A stretch of 64,000 nt of DNA from Nanobdellota archaeon. GTDB taxonomy: Archaea; Nanobdellota; Nanobdellia; UBA10117; ARS21. The notes under the pieces were generated by a model. That model was not told the origin of the DNA, did no database searches, and worked only from the letters and a program-made list of their open reading frames with translations. Shown piece by piece: positions 19,157 through 27,480 of the stretch (position 1 is its first letter; every line of letters begins with the position of its first letter). Both the position numbers and the translations under genes were made by a program. The DNA lies in contig JAAZWY010000001.1 in NCBI GenBank assembly GCA_014240455.1, forward strand, positions 87,924-151,923, read 5' to 3'.

Positions 19157-19498
19157 TTATGATATTTTTAGTTTTTGGCCGTTTTTAAGCCTATGTTTTT
19201 TGATGAAACCTTTAGAGGCTTCGATGACGTATTTTGACTTTTCTTTTGGAATTAATGCTGGATGAAATCGTGGTGCTGATTTAATCATATCAACAATTTT
19301 GTAATCTTTGTTTAACCAGATTATATCCAAATTTTGAAATACAAAAAATGTATGTAAGGTTGAAGACCAAACACTTTCTCTTAATGCTTCAAGAATATAT
19401 GCTTCATGTTTTAATTTACGTTTGAAAATTAAACCTAAAGAAAACTTGCCAAGGTATTTTCCATCGGCTAATTTTTTATTTCCTTTTTTGATTATCAT
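19157..19498 (-). CDS. DUF192 (COG1430) family protein
   Basis: Pattern FVFQNLDIIWLNKDYKIVD...PRFHPALIP...YVIEASKGFIKK...GQKL resembles DUF192. Confidence 0.5.
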   Translation of the reverse strand: MIIKKGNKKLADGKYLGKFSLGLIFKRKLKHEAYILEALRESVWSSTLHTFFVFQNLDIIWLNKDYKIVDMIKSAPRFHPALIPKEKSKYVIEASKGFIKKHRLKNGQKLKIS

Positions 19499-20079
19499 TC
19501 AATAAAATCTTCAAGCTCTAGCTTTACTTTTTGTCCTGTTGCTTTCAAATATTCGTTTGCTAAAGTCCAATAAACTAATCCTAGAGATTTTGCACCTTTG
19601 TTATTACAAACGATTGCCACATCAATATTTCTTAAAGTGTTATTTGAATCGCAAAGTGCTAATATTGGAATGTTAACTTTGTAAGCGTCCTTAACTGCGT
19701 TCTTGTCTCCTCTTGGATCTGCAACGAACATTAGTTTTGGTTCCATGAAAGTTTTCAGTTGAGAATTTGTAATAATTCCTGCTGGATATCTTCCAACGAA
19801 GAATTTTGCACCGATTGTTTTTGCAAATTTCTTTGCACCTTTCCAACCGTTTTCTCTTCGGCAAACAACCAGAATGTCTTCTGCCTTGTATTTTGCCAAG
19901 AAGTTTGCACCTGCTTTAAGTTTTTGATCAACTTTTTCAAGATCAAGAATAGCTACGCCGTTTTTAGGATTAACTTTGTGAATGTATTGTTGCATGAACT
20001 TTGTTTTGAATTTAGTACCGACTTGGATACCGGATTCAAGATAAGTTTCAACTGGAACTAATGTTTTTTCTTTTACCAT
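19495..20079 (-). CDS. rps2: 30S ribosomal protein S2 (uS2)
   Basis: LESGIQVGTK...VAILDLEKVDQKL..GANFL....ILVV..R..G......FAKTIGA.F.VGRY.AGIITN. Confidence 0.85.
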   Translation of the reverse strand: MVKEKTLVPVETYLESGIQVGTKFKTKFMQQYIHKVNPKNGVAILDLEKVDQKLKAGANFLAKYKAEDILVVCRRENGWKGAKKFAKTIGAKFFVGRYPAGIITNSQLKTFMEPKLMFVADPRGDKNAVKDAYKVNIPILALCDSNNTLRNIDVAIVCNNKGAKSLGLVYWTLANEYLKATGQKVKLELEDFIE

Positions 20080-20080
20080 T

Positions 20081-20272
20081 TTATTCTACCTTTACTGGGT
20101 TTGGACGATTTACAGAAATAGGAAGAACGCCTGCTTTGAATTCTTCTTTTGCAAGAATAACTGTGTTGTACGCGTCCTTTTCTCGTTTAATCAGTAAAGG
20201 TGCGCCCATTGATAGTTGCAATGCTCTTGCTCCAATTATTCTAGCGACTTCGAATTTCGTAAATTCTTTCAT
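20081..20272 (-). CDS. rpoK: DNA-directed RNA polymerase subunit K (Rpb6/omega homolog)
   Basis: TKFEVARIIGARALQLSMGAPLLI motif. Confidence 0.85.
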   Translation of the reverse strand: MKEFTKFEVARIIGARALQLSMGAPLLIKREKDAYNTVILAKEEFKAGVLPISVNRPNPVKVE

Positions 20273-20273
20273 T

Positions 20274-21056
20274 TTATACTTTCTTCAATAGCTTTCTTAA
20301 ATCTTTCCCTTTGGCAATGGCTGTGTCAACTGCTTCTAACAATTCGTCGTTAGTAAGAGGTTTTAGGCCTCCTTTTTGCATTGCACAGATGTTTCCGTTG
20401 TCAATGGTTCCGATATGAATTCTATCTTCCATTATTTTTTCTTCTCTTCGAGTTGGATCAACAATTAGTGAATCTCCAATCTTTGCGAAAGAAACCATCA
20501 TTGGTATGTTGTGTAATTTCAATCCTTTCTTTGTTCTTGTTTCGTGTAAAGGTTTGTTATTTTCATCAAGTTCTGGGAACTTTGCATCTTTCAATGCTAA
20601 ATATGCTGCAATAACTGCTGCGTCATATAAGTTTCCATCTGCGTTGATTGGATAAATATCAATACTACACATCCAAGCTGCTTCACCTTCAACTATACTT
20701 AAATCTTTGAAATCTAATGTTTTAGATTCTCGAATAGCTCGATCAACAACTCTTGAAATTTCAATAGCTGCTGGCTTTGGTGGGCCTGGTTCGTAATCCG
20801 GACTTGATAATGGATTTAAATCCATGCTAACCATGAACATTCCTTCATCAGGTGAGTCTGGATACGGAGTTCCTACGCTGAATTTTACTCCAGCAATAAC
20901 TTCTGTATTTCCAAATTTTACTCTTGCAGAACCATTTCCGTTGTCAATGATTCCAACTTCTGCTGAGAAATCTCGATAGTCATTTAGACCTCGTCCGTCT
21001 TCCCTCTTTCCGTTTGAAATTAATTCTTTTTGAAAGTCATAATTTATTAGTGTCAT
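20274..21056 (-). CDS. rrp42: Exosome complex component Rrp42 (RNase PH-like, inactive subunit)
   Basis: RNase PH domain pattern; position downstream of rrp41 in conserved order. Confidence 0.8.
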   Translation of the reverse strand: MTLINYDFQKELISNGKREDGRGLNDYRDFSAEVGIIDNGNGSARVKFGNTEVIAGVKFSVGTPYPDSPDEGMFMVSMDLNPLSSPDYEPGPPKPAAIEISRVVDRAIRESKTLDFKDLSIVEGEAAWMCSIDIYPINADGNLYDAAVIAAYLALKDAKFPELDENNKPLHETRTKKGLKLHNIPMMVSFAKIGDSLIVDPTRREEKIMEDRIHIGTIDNGNICAMQKGGLKPLTNDELLEAVDTAIAKGKDLRKLLKKV

Positions 21057-21790
21057 TTTATTTTTCCTCCTTCGAATGAAGCTTCTCCATTAATTAATGC
21101 CTTCTTTTGAAGATCATATAATACTGGCATTGCTTCGTTTACTAATTTCATGGATTCTGCAAATTCTTTCTTTGTCAGATCTCCATCCATTTGTATTAAA
21201 GTAATTCCCATAGATTTTGGCATTATTGCAACTGGCAAATCTGCCTCTCCGAAATTATCTTCTGGTTGGAATAAGTCAAGCATTACTGTTCCGTCAGCTT
21301 TTCCTGATGCTACTGAACAAACTAGGTCTCTCATTTCGATTCCTGCGTGTGCTAGTGCTGCTGAAGCTGCGTTAATAGCTGCTGTTCTTGTTCCTGCGTT
21401 AGCGTTTGTAATTTGAACAAAAATGTCAATTACAGTTGCTGGATATTTCTCAGTGTAAACTGCCGCTTCTAGAGCTGAAGACATAACCTTGGAAATTTCT
21501 TTACTTCTTCGGTTTGGTCCTGGTCTAATTCGATCAGTTGTTGAGAAAGGTAACATGTCGTACTTGACTCGGATTAATGCCTTGTCAGGTATCATCATGT
21601 GTCGTGGATGAACTTCTTTTGGTCCATACACTGCTGCGATCACTTTGGTTTTACCCATACTGAATTCTGCAGATCCTTCTGCTAATGGGACTACTCCCAC
21701 TTTCAATTTCATAGGTCTCATTTCGTTTGTCTTTCTTCCGTCCAAACGTTTACCTTTTACCATCATTGGTTCTGAACTTTTTCCTGCCAT
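21053..21790 (-). CDS. rrp41: Exosome complex exonuclease Rrp41 (RNase PH)
   Basis: GKRLDGRKTNEMRP...GSAEFSMGKTKVIAAVYGP RNase PH signature. Confidence 0.85.
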   Translation of the reverse strand: MAGKSSEPMMVKGKRLDGRKTNEMRPMKLKVGVVPLAEGSAEFSMGKTKVIAAVYGPKEVHPRHMMIPDKALIRVKYDMLPFSTTDRIRPGPNRRSKEISKVMSSALEAAVYTEKYPATVIDIFVQITNANAGTRTAAINAASAALAHAGIEMRDLVCSVASGKADGTVMLDLFQPEDNFGEADLPVAIMPKSMGITLIQMDGDLTKKEFAESMKLVNEAMPVLYDLQKKALINGEASFEGGKIK

Positions 21791-22473
21791 TATTTCTTTC
21801 CTCCTTTTAGCATCTTTTCTACTTTTTCTGTTAACCCTGATTCTTGTGCATCTTGGTCAATCATTTCGATTGCTTTCTGAACAAGTAGAACTTTATCTAA
21901 ATCTTCACCTTGAATCCAAACATAACCGTTTTGACCAACGACTACGTTACATCCAGATGCGTCTTTAATAGTTTTAATCATAGAACCTTGTCTTCCAATT
22001 ATTCTTGGAACATTTGAAGGATTTACTTCAATTATATTTCCAGTTCCTAATTTTCTGTGAGGTCTAGTCTTAGTTGAAAGTCTAATATACTTTCCAACGT
22101 CTGTAATTCCTGCGAAAATGTAATCTCCTTCCGTGAAATACTTTCTCATACTTCCTTGTTCAATGAACGAAGTACTTGCATCTCTTAATGGAAGATCTGC
22201 TTGATTTGGTTGCCCAATTTCAATTCGCCATCCGAATTTTGCTAATTCAGTCACTTGACCGATTACCATATCATTTCGTCTTGGAGAATATCCACCATTT
22301 AGTGGTTGAACTTTTACAACGTGTCCTTTGACACTGACTCTACCCATTACAGTTGCTGTAACGTCTTCGCCATCTCTTATTGCTTTTCCTGAAGGGATGT
22401 AACTCATACCCTCAGCAAGAACTTGACCGGGTACGACCAATTCCTTATCTTTAACATTTAATTTTTCTGTCAT
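21790..22473 (-). CDS. rrp4: Exosome complex RNA-binding subunit Rrp4 (S1 + KH domains)
   Basis: S1-like middle region and C-terminal KH motif IIGRQGSMIKTI...VVVGQNG. Confidence 0.8.
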   Translation of the reverse strand: MTEKLNVKDKELVVPGQVLAEGMSYIPSGKAIRDGEDVTATVMGRVSVKGHVVKVQPLNGGYSPRRNDMVIGQVTELAKFGWRIEIGQPNQADLPLRDASTSFIEQGSMRKYFTEGDYIFAGITDVGKYIRLSTKTRPHRKLGTGNIIEVNPSNVPRIIGRQGSMIKTIKDASGCNVVVGQNGYVWIQGEDLDKVLLVQKAIEMIDQDAQESGLTEKVEKMLKGGKK

Positions 22474-22490
22474 TTCTTAATTGAAACAGA

Positions 22491-23204
22491 TTATTGCTCT
22501 GTAATCTCTGCTTCTCCGTTTGTCACCTTGCTTATCAATGAGTATAGGTCGGCTTTTGCGCCTCCCACAACCTCTAACTCCACTACGACAGAGCCGTCGT
22601 TTAGCCACTCTTCTTTGAAATTTTTGAAGCGGCTTTTTAGTGAGCTGTAAGCGGAACCTGCGTATTGTGCAGGTATTGTGATTTTGATTCTTATCTTCTC
22701 AAAAGATAATGGTATGACCTTTCTTATTTCGTTTATAACCTTTTCTATCTGTGTTTCGAAATTTTGTTGGTAGTCAAGTGATACTTTAGCCTCGTCCATA
22801 GCGAGTTCTACTCTTGTTCTTGGATGAGGTGAACCCGTCTTAGGATCGACTGAATTTCTTTGAATATGCTCGATAATTTGATTTCTTCGCTCTTCTGCTA
22901 GACGTTTTCTTTGATCTGCAGTTAAGTGAAGTTCTCCTTCTTTGATTATTTTTGATACAGCTTCATCTTGGTTGTTTGTACCTAGCGTTTTAGCTACAGT
23001 CTCTTCTGAAGCCTTTAAACCCCGATTTGCGTCTTGAAAAACTGTTGTTGATTGTACGAATTCTGTAAGTTTTAGCTCTTTCCCTTGCCTAAATTCGAAT
23101 GCTTTGTCAACATCTGAGATAACTACTTCAAAATTTTCTCCGCCTTTCTTTAATCTAGCGAGTGTAAATGATACACGTTCCTTATCGTAGGTTCTTTGTT
23201 GCAT
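22491..23204 (-). CDS. sdo1: Ribosome maturation protein SBDS/SDO1 homolog
   Basis: N-terminal FYSH-like domain FEVVISDVDKAFEFRQGK; canonical position between psmA and rrp4. Confidence 0.8.
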   Translation of the reverse strand: MQQRTYDKERVSFTLARLKKGGENFEVVISDVDKAFEFRQGKELKLTEFVQSTTVFQDANRGLKASEETVAKTLGTNNQDEAVSKIIKEGELHLTADQRKRLAEERRNQIIEHIQRNSVDPKTGSPHPRTRVELAMDEAKVSLDYQQNFETQIEKVINEIRKVIPLSFEKIRIKITIPAQYAGSAYSSLKSRFKNFKEEWLNDGSVVVELEVVGGAKADLYSLISKVTNGEAEITEQ

Positions 23205-23206
23205 AA

Positions 23207-23899
23207 CTACTTCTTTGAAGACATGGTTTTTATGCCTTCCGAAGTGGTAACCATAAATTGTAACCTATTTTCTTGGAATTCTTTCCCCAGAACTTTCTTG
23301 AAGACGTTTTTTGCTAAATCTGCTCCTTCTGTGATGGAAAGGTTTGATTTCCATCCTTTTTCTAGAAGTTTGTTTGCTTCCATAGAATTTGAGCCGATAG
23401 CTTTTGCTTTGTATTGGAAGTAAATTCCTGCTGGTTCTGTCATATATAGTCGTGGACCGTCTTCTCCGACGTCTCCGACCAAGAATGATACTCCGAAAGG
23501 TCTGATGCCTCCGTATTGAGTGAAACTTTGACAAATGTCTGAGATGAATTTTACTAATGCTTCACCTGATAATTCTTCCCCATAACTCATTTTGTGTTCT
23601 TGTGCCTTTATTCTTGATTTCTTTAGTAGAACTCTTGCATCACCAATGTATCCTGCCGGGGTCGCGATGATGTTTTTGTTTACTTCTGAAACTTTTGATA
23701 ATGATTCTGGTACAATTAATGGATCGAATCGATGTGTGTCTGCTGCTAGGACTACTCCGTCCTTACATGTGATTCCCATTATTAATGAACCGCTGTCAAT
23801 TGCTTTCTTTGCGTATTCTACTTGTAAAATTCTTCCGTCTGGGCTGAAAACTGTAATAGCTCTATCGTAACCCATTGCTTGATTTGGTATAACTTGCAT
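23207..23899 (-). CDS. psmA: Proteasome subunit alpha
   Basis: GYDRAITVFSPDGRILQVEYA signature. Confidence 0.9.
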   Translation of the reverse strand: MQVIPNQAMGYDRAITVFSPDGRILQVEYAKKAIDSGSLIMGITCKDGVVLAADTHRFDPLIVPESLSKVSEVNKNIIATPAGYIGDARVLLKKSRIKAQEHKMSYGEELSGEALVKFISDICQSFTQYGGIRPFGVSFLVGDVGEDGPRLYMTEPAGIYFQYKAKAIGSNSMEANKLLEKGWKSNLSITEGADLAKNVFKKVLGKEFQENRLQFMVTTSEGIKTMSSKK

Positions 23900-24090
23900 A
23901 AGATTGAAATGGAGTGAATATTTTTAAAGGTTGTTGGTGGTTGCTACTTTCGAGATTTCTTTATAGCTTTTAATTGTTGCATAGTAATAGAATATTTCCA
24001 AAGTTTGTGTTTTGTATAGCCGATGAATTTCTTTATTGCGTTGTACATAGTTCTAAAAAGATCTTTTAGTTTAAAATAATTTGGTAAAAT

Positions 24091-24290
24091 GCGAGTCTGG
24101 TTGAATGCAAGCACTCAACCGTCTTCACGAGTGAACATCAACCGCAAGCGGCTTCAGTTCGGGTGAACCTTCCGAAGAAAGTTCGGGATGAACATCCTTT
24201 GGCCGAAGCCAAATTCAGTTCGGGTTGAATTGTCCGAAAACAATTCGGGTAGAAATTTTCAACCGCAAGCGGCTTCCAATTTCTATTCAC
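24091..24290. repeat. GC-rich block of tandem hairpin-forming repeats (3-4 units agttcggg-N-tgaa...ccgaa) bracketed by 18-nt direct repeat tcaaccgcaagcggcttc (24138-24155 and 24259-24276); candidate ncRNA or DNA-binding array
   Basis: Read directly from sequence; GC about 48 percent versus about 33 percent surroundings; additional hairpins ggttga(n10)tcaacc at 24099-24120 and ttcac-ga-gtgaa at 24124-24135. Confidence 0.5.
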
Positions 24291-24376
24291 CTCTAATAAT
24301 TTGAGTATATAAGCCTTTCGGTGGAGAAAAAATGACTAAAAAGTAGTTTTTTTAAGAGTTCTTAGTAATTCTATTT

Positions 24377-25789
24377 ATGAAGAAAGTATCTAAGTCCGAT
24401 TATGTGCAGAGTTTGAAATGTCTCAACTATGTGTGGCATAAATTCAACGATAAGGAAAAACTACCTTCTCTTGACAGAGTATTCATTGTCCAAAGAGGAG
24501 TTGAGTTTGGAGCGCTCGCTCAGAAATTATATTCTGATGGAATTTCAATTAAATTTAATTACAAACAAGCTTCCAAAGATACAAGTGAATCTTTAGATTT
24601 AGGAAAACCAATTTTTGAAGCAACATTTGAAACTGATAAACTATATTGCATGGTTGATATACTTGTTCCATCTGAAGGCGGCTGGGATATTGTTGAAGTT
24701 AAAAGCGGATCAAGTGTTAAGAAAGAACATTATGATGATGTGGCTTTTCAGAGGTATGTATTGGAAAAATCAGGGATTAAAGTAAATAAATGTTATTTGA
24801 TGCACGCAAATAAAAAATATATTCGAAAAGGAGATATTGATATTAAGAGCCTATTCATGAAGACCGATATTACTGAGAAAGTTGAAGAAGTTATAAACAC
24901 AGTTCCGGGAAATATTGAAAGACTTCTCTCTTATGTTTCAAAAGATATGCCAGACAACAAACATAAATTCTGTTCAAAACCAACGAAATGCGATTTGAGA
25001 CAAATCTGTTGGGATCATTTACCTGAACATAATATTTTAGAATTACACGGACTTTGGTTTAGTAAAGCAGAGCCTTTTATGGATGAAGGTAAATTATCTA
25101 TCCTGGATTTACCTGACACGTTTTTTGAGAAACATAAACATACTATTCAAAAAAATGCTATATCTTCGGGTGAACCTCAAATTGATCATAAAAAGATTAG
25201 AGAGTTTAAAGAAACGCTAACTTATCCACTTTCTCATTTTGATTTTGAAACTTTGGGAACGCCGATTCCTTTACACGACGGTTTGAATCCTTGGGGAAAA
25301 TTTGCATTCCAATACTCAATTCATGTTGATGATGGGAAGAAGATAAAACACTATGAGTTTTTAGCTTCAGATGATAAAGATCCTCAGGAGGCACTAGTTA
25401 AACAGTTAATTAAAGATATGCCTACGACTGGAAGTATTGTTACTTTCAATATGGGTTTTGAGAAAGGTATTCTTCGGGATCTTGGAAAGCGTTTTCCTGC
25501 TTATGCAGATAAGTTGAATGATATGATTAAACGAGTTGTTGATTTACAAACTGTGTTTAAGAAGTTTCATTACCATCATCCTGCTCAGAAAGGGAGTAAT
25601 TCTTTGAAAGATGTACTTCCTGTATTTTCTGATAAGAAACATAGTGAGTTAGAGATTCAAGATGGGACTGATGCTTTTACCGCTTTTTATGATAAATATT
25701 ATTTGGGTAAGGATGTTTCAAGAAAGGCTTTACTTGATTATTGTGCATTAGATACTCTTGCAATGGTTGAGATACTTGAAGGGATTTAG
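24377..25789 (+). CDS. Fusion nuclease: N-terminal Cas4/RecB-like PD-(D/E)XK domain (with Cys cluster) + C-terminal DnaQ-like DEDD 3'-5' exonuclease domain (DUF2779-like architecture)
   Basis: N-terminal Y..SL.C..Y.W, D...EVK and QRY motifs; Cys at C-x5-C-x8-C; C-terminal FDFET ... FNMGFE ... YCALD acidic exonuclease motifs. Confidence 0.6.
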   Translation: MKKVSKSDYVQSLKCLNYVWHKFNDKEKLPSLDRVFIVQRGVEFGALAQKLYSDGISIKFNYKQASKDTSESLDLGKPIFEATFETDKLYCMVDILVPSEGGWDIVEVKSGSSVKKEHYDDVAFQRYVLEKSGIKVNKCYLMHANKKYIRKGDIDIKSLFMKTDITEKVEEVINTVPGNIERLLSYVSKDMPDNKHKFCSKPTKCDLRQICWDHLPEHNILELHGLWFSKAEPFMDEGKLSILDLPDTFFEKHKHTIQKNAISSGEPQIDHKKIREFKETLTYPLSHFDFETLGTPIPLHDGLNPWGKFAFQYSIHVDDGKKIKHYEFLASDDKDPQEALVKQLIKDMPTTGSIVTFNMGFEKGILRDLGKRFPAYADKLNDMIKRVVDLQTVFKKFHYHHPAQKGSNSLKDVLPVFSDKKHSELEIQDGTDAFTAFYDKYYLGKDVSRKALLDYCALDTLAMVEILEGI

Positions 25790-25843
25790 TTAGTTCGTAA
25801 CAATTTTAAAGCCAAAAATTACTATCTTTTATGCATTGTGCAA

Positions 25844-26161
25844 TCACAACTTTCTCAAAATACCACTAACCTTCTCAGCAGAAACAGTAGCCTTCTTACC
25901 TTTAACATCCTTGATCAAAGCCAATGCTGCTTTTGTTTCATTTAACATTTTAGAATTTGTACGTAAAACTCCAGTCTGGATTTTAGTATCATACTTCATA
26001 AATTGTATTCCGGCTTTTGCTACACCTAGCTCACCCAGAAAACGTTTACATCCCGCGACTATTGCAATACCAGCGTCTTTTGAAGAGAGTGTTTGTTTTG
26101 AAGATATTTTAAATTGAACATATCTAGGATTTTCTTTCAAGACAGGTAAAATAGGTTTCAT
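25844..26161 (-). CDS. rnp2: RNase P protein component 2 (Pop5/Rpp14 family)
   Basis: LPVLKENPRYVQFKI ... FLGELGVAKAG ... KIQTGVLR ... GKKA ... VSGILRKL matches archaeal Pop5 pattern. Confidence 0.75.
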   Translation of the reverse strand: MKPILPVLKENPRYVQFKISSKQTLSSKDAGIAIVAGCKRFLGELGVAKAGIQFMKYDTKIQTGVLRTNSKMLNETKAALALIKDVKGKKATVSAEKVSGILRKL

Positions 26162-26191
26162 AATAATAAATATAGAAGCAGGTTAATAAAT

Positions 26192-26392
26192 CTACTTCTT
26201 AGAACCAACTCTTTGATCTTTAAGCTTTCTTGCAGTTTCAGTCCACTTAGTCTTTTGTGGTTTTCTACCAAGCTTCATAAAATTCTTCAAGTTTTTACTG
26301 TTCAAAAAGTAGTAAATTCTTCCACTATTTCGGACAACCATTCTTCCTGTTCCTTTTGGAATTTGTTCTCCTGAAAATGAGCATTTGGCCAT
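26192..26392 (-). CDS. rpl24e: 50S ribosomal protein L24e (zinc-finger cysteines mostly absent)
   Basis: MAKCSFSGEQI.KG.G...V...G...YF.NSKN...F..GR.P.K.KWT; conserved L7Ae-S28e-L24e order. Confidence 0.8.
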   Translation of the reverse strand: MAKCSFSGEQIPKGTGRMVVRNSGRIYYFLNSKNLKNFMKLGRKPQKTKWTETARKLKDQRVGSKK

Positions 26393-26664
26393 TATCTACG
26401 ACCTCCTCTACTTCCACCTGCTTCGATTTCAGTTTGAGTTAACATAATAATGTCACCAGGTCTAGTTGGACCATAAACTAATCTTCGCATAATTTTACCA
26501 GCATCTCTGCCGTCTAGAATTTTACATCGAACCATGTAAACAGCTTGTTTTCCAGATTGTCTTTCAAGACGTTCAATAACTTCAGCAGGATAAGCAGTTA
26601 ATAGTTTACTGTCTCCTTTTACTTTTTCTTTTGGTGCGTCTTTAACTTTCTGATTTTTTGCCAT
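26392..26664 (-). CDS. rps28e: 30S ribosomal protein S28e
   Basis: AEVIE...G..G.V..V.CKILDGRD.GKI..R.V.GP.R.GDIIML..TE.EA. Confidence 0.85.
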   Translation of the reverse strand: MAKNQKVKDAPKEKVKGDSKLLTAYPAEVIERLERQSGKQAVYMVRCKILDGRDAGKIMRRLVYGPTRPGDIIMLTQTEIEAGGSRGGRR

Positions 26665-27416
26665 TACTCAGTCTTTTCTTCTGAAGTTTCAGCTTCTTTC
26701 TTTTTAGGCTTTTCTTCAACAGGTGCTTCTACTTCCGCTTCTTCAGCTGGTTTTTCTTCAGTAGCTTCCTCTTCTGAAGTTTCAGCTTCTTCCTTTTTAT
26801 CTTCTTTGGATTCTGCTTCTTCTGTCTTTTCTTCAACAGGTGCTTCTACTTCTTCAGCCGGAGTTTCTTCAGCAGGTTCTTCTACAACTTCCTCAGTTTT
26901 TTCTTCTGATTCAGCCGGAGTTTCTTCAACAGCTTTTTCAACCTTTGCAGGTTTTTCAGCTGGTGCTTCTGTCTTTTCTTCAGCAGATTCTTCTACTTTT
27001 TCCTTTGGAGCTTTCTTTTCTGCTGGTTTTTCTTCAGCAGGTTTTTCAGCCTTTACAGGTTCAGCTTCTGCTTTCATTAAAATTTGAATATCTTCTAAAA
27101 GATTGTTTAGTTTCTTTTGAGCTTCACCAGGATTTGCAATTGCTACAGCAGCTGTTGCGACAGGTAATCCTGCAGCTGCGCCTAATTCTGCTTTAGAAGG
27201 CACTTCAACGTGCATAATTTCTTTATCCTTAGCTAAAAGAGCTAAATGTTGAATAATTTCGCCTGGAGATACGTCAGTAGCTACAATAGATAGCTTAGCT
27301 TCACCTCTTTCCAAGGACTTTGTTACTTCGTTTACACCTTTCCGGATTTTTCCGTCAGTACGAGAATCCTCAATAATTGAGTAGATTCTTTCAATAATAT
27401 CTTTTGTTAGTTCCAT
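26664..27416 (-). CDS. rpl7ae: 50S ribosomal protein L7Ae (K-turn binding) with unusual about 130-aa C-terminal Lys/Glu/Ala/Pro-rich low-complexity extension
   Basis: N-terminal 120 aa match L7Ae (GVNEVTK...AKL.I.A.DVSP.EII.HL..LA); tail EEKPAE/EETPAE repeats with DNA-level direct repeats. Confidence 0.8.
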   Translation of the reverse strand: MELTKDIIERIYSIIEDSRTDGKIRKGVNEVTKSLERGEAKLSIVATDVSPGEIIQHLALLAKDKEIMHVEVPSKAELGAAAGLPVATAAVAIANPGEAQKKLNNLLEDIQILMKAEAEPVKAEKPAEEKPAEKKAPKEKVEESAEEKTEAPAEKPAKVEKAVEETPAESEEKTEEVVEEPAEETPAEEVEAPVEEKTEEAESKEDKKEEAETSEEEATEEKPAEEAEVEAPVEEKPKKKEAETSEEKTE

Positions 27417-27480
27417 TTTAACCTCGTTAACCTCATTGGTTAATAGTTGGAGTTATTTGTTGTGTTTAAAAAGATTGTTA

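Noticed and set aside
19755-20061. Overlapping ORFs on both strands within rps2
   Set aside because: rps2 frame carries the uS2 signature; others are artefacts.
24130-24290. CRISPR array
   Set aside because: Units are short, imperfect and lack uniform-length unique spacers; pattern fits hairpin tandem repeats, not repeat-spacer organisation.
26806-27196. Two + strand ORFs (93 and 118 aa) of Ser/Ala/Leu/Gln low-complexity
   Set aside because: Antisense to the repetitive L7Ae tail; repeat DNA keeps frames open on both strands.
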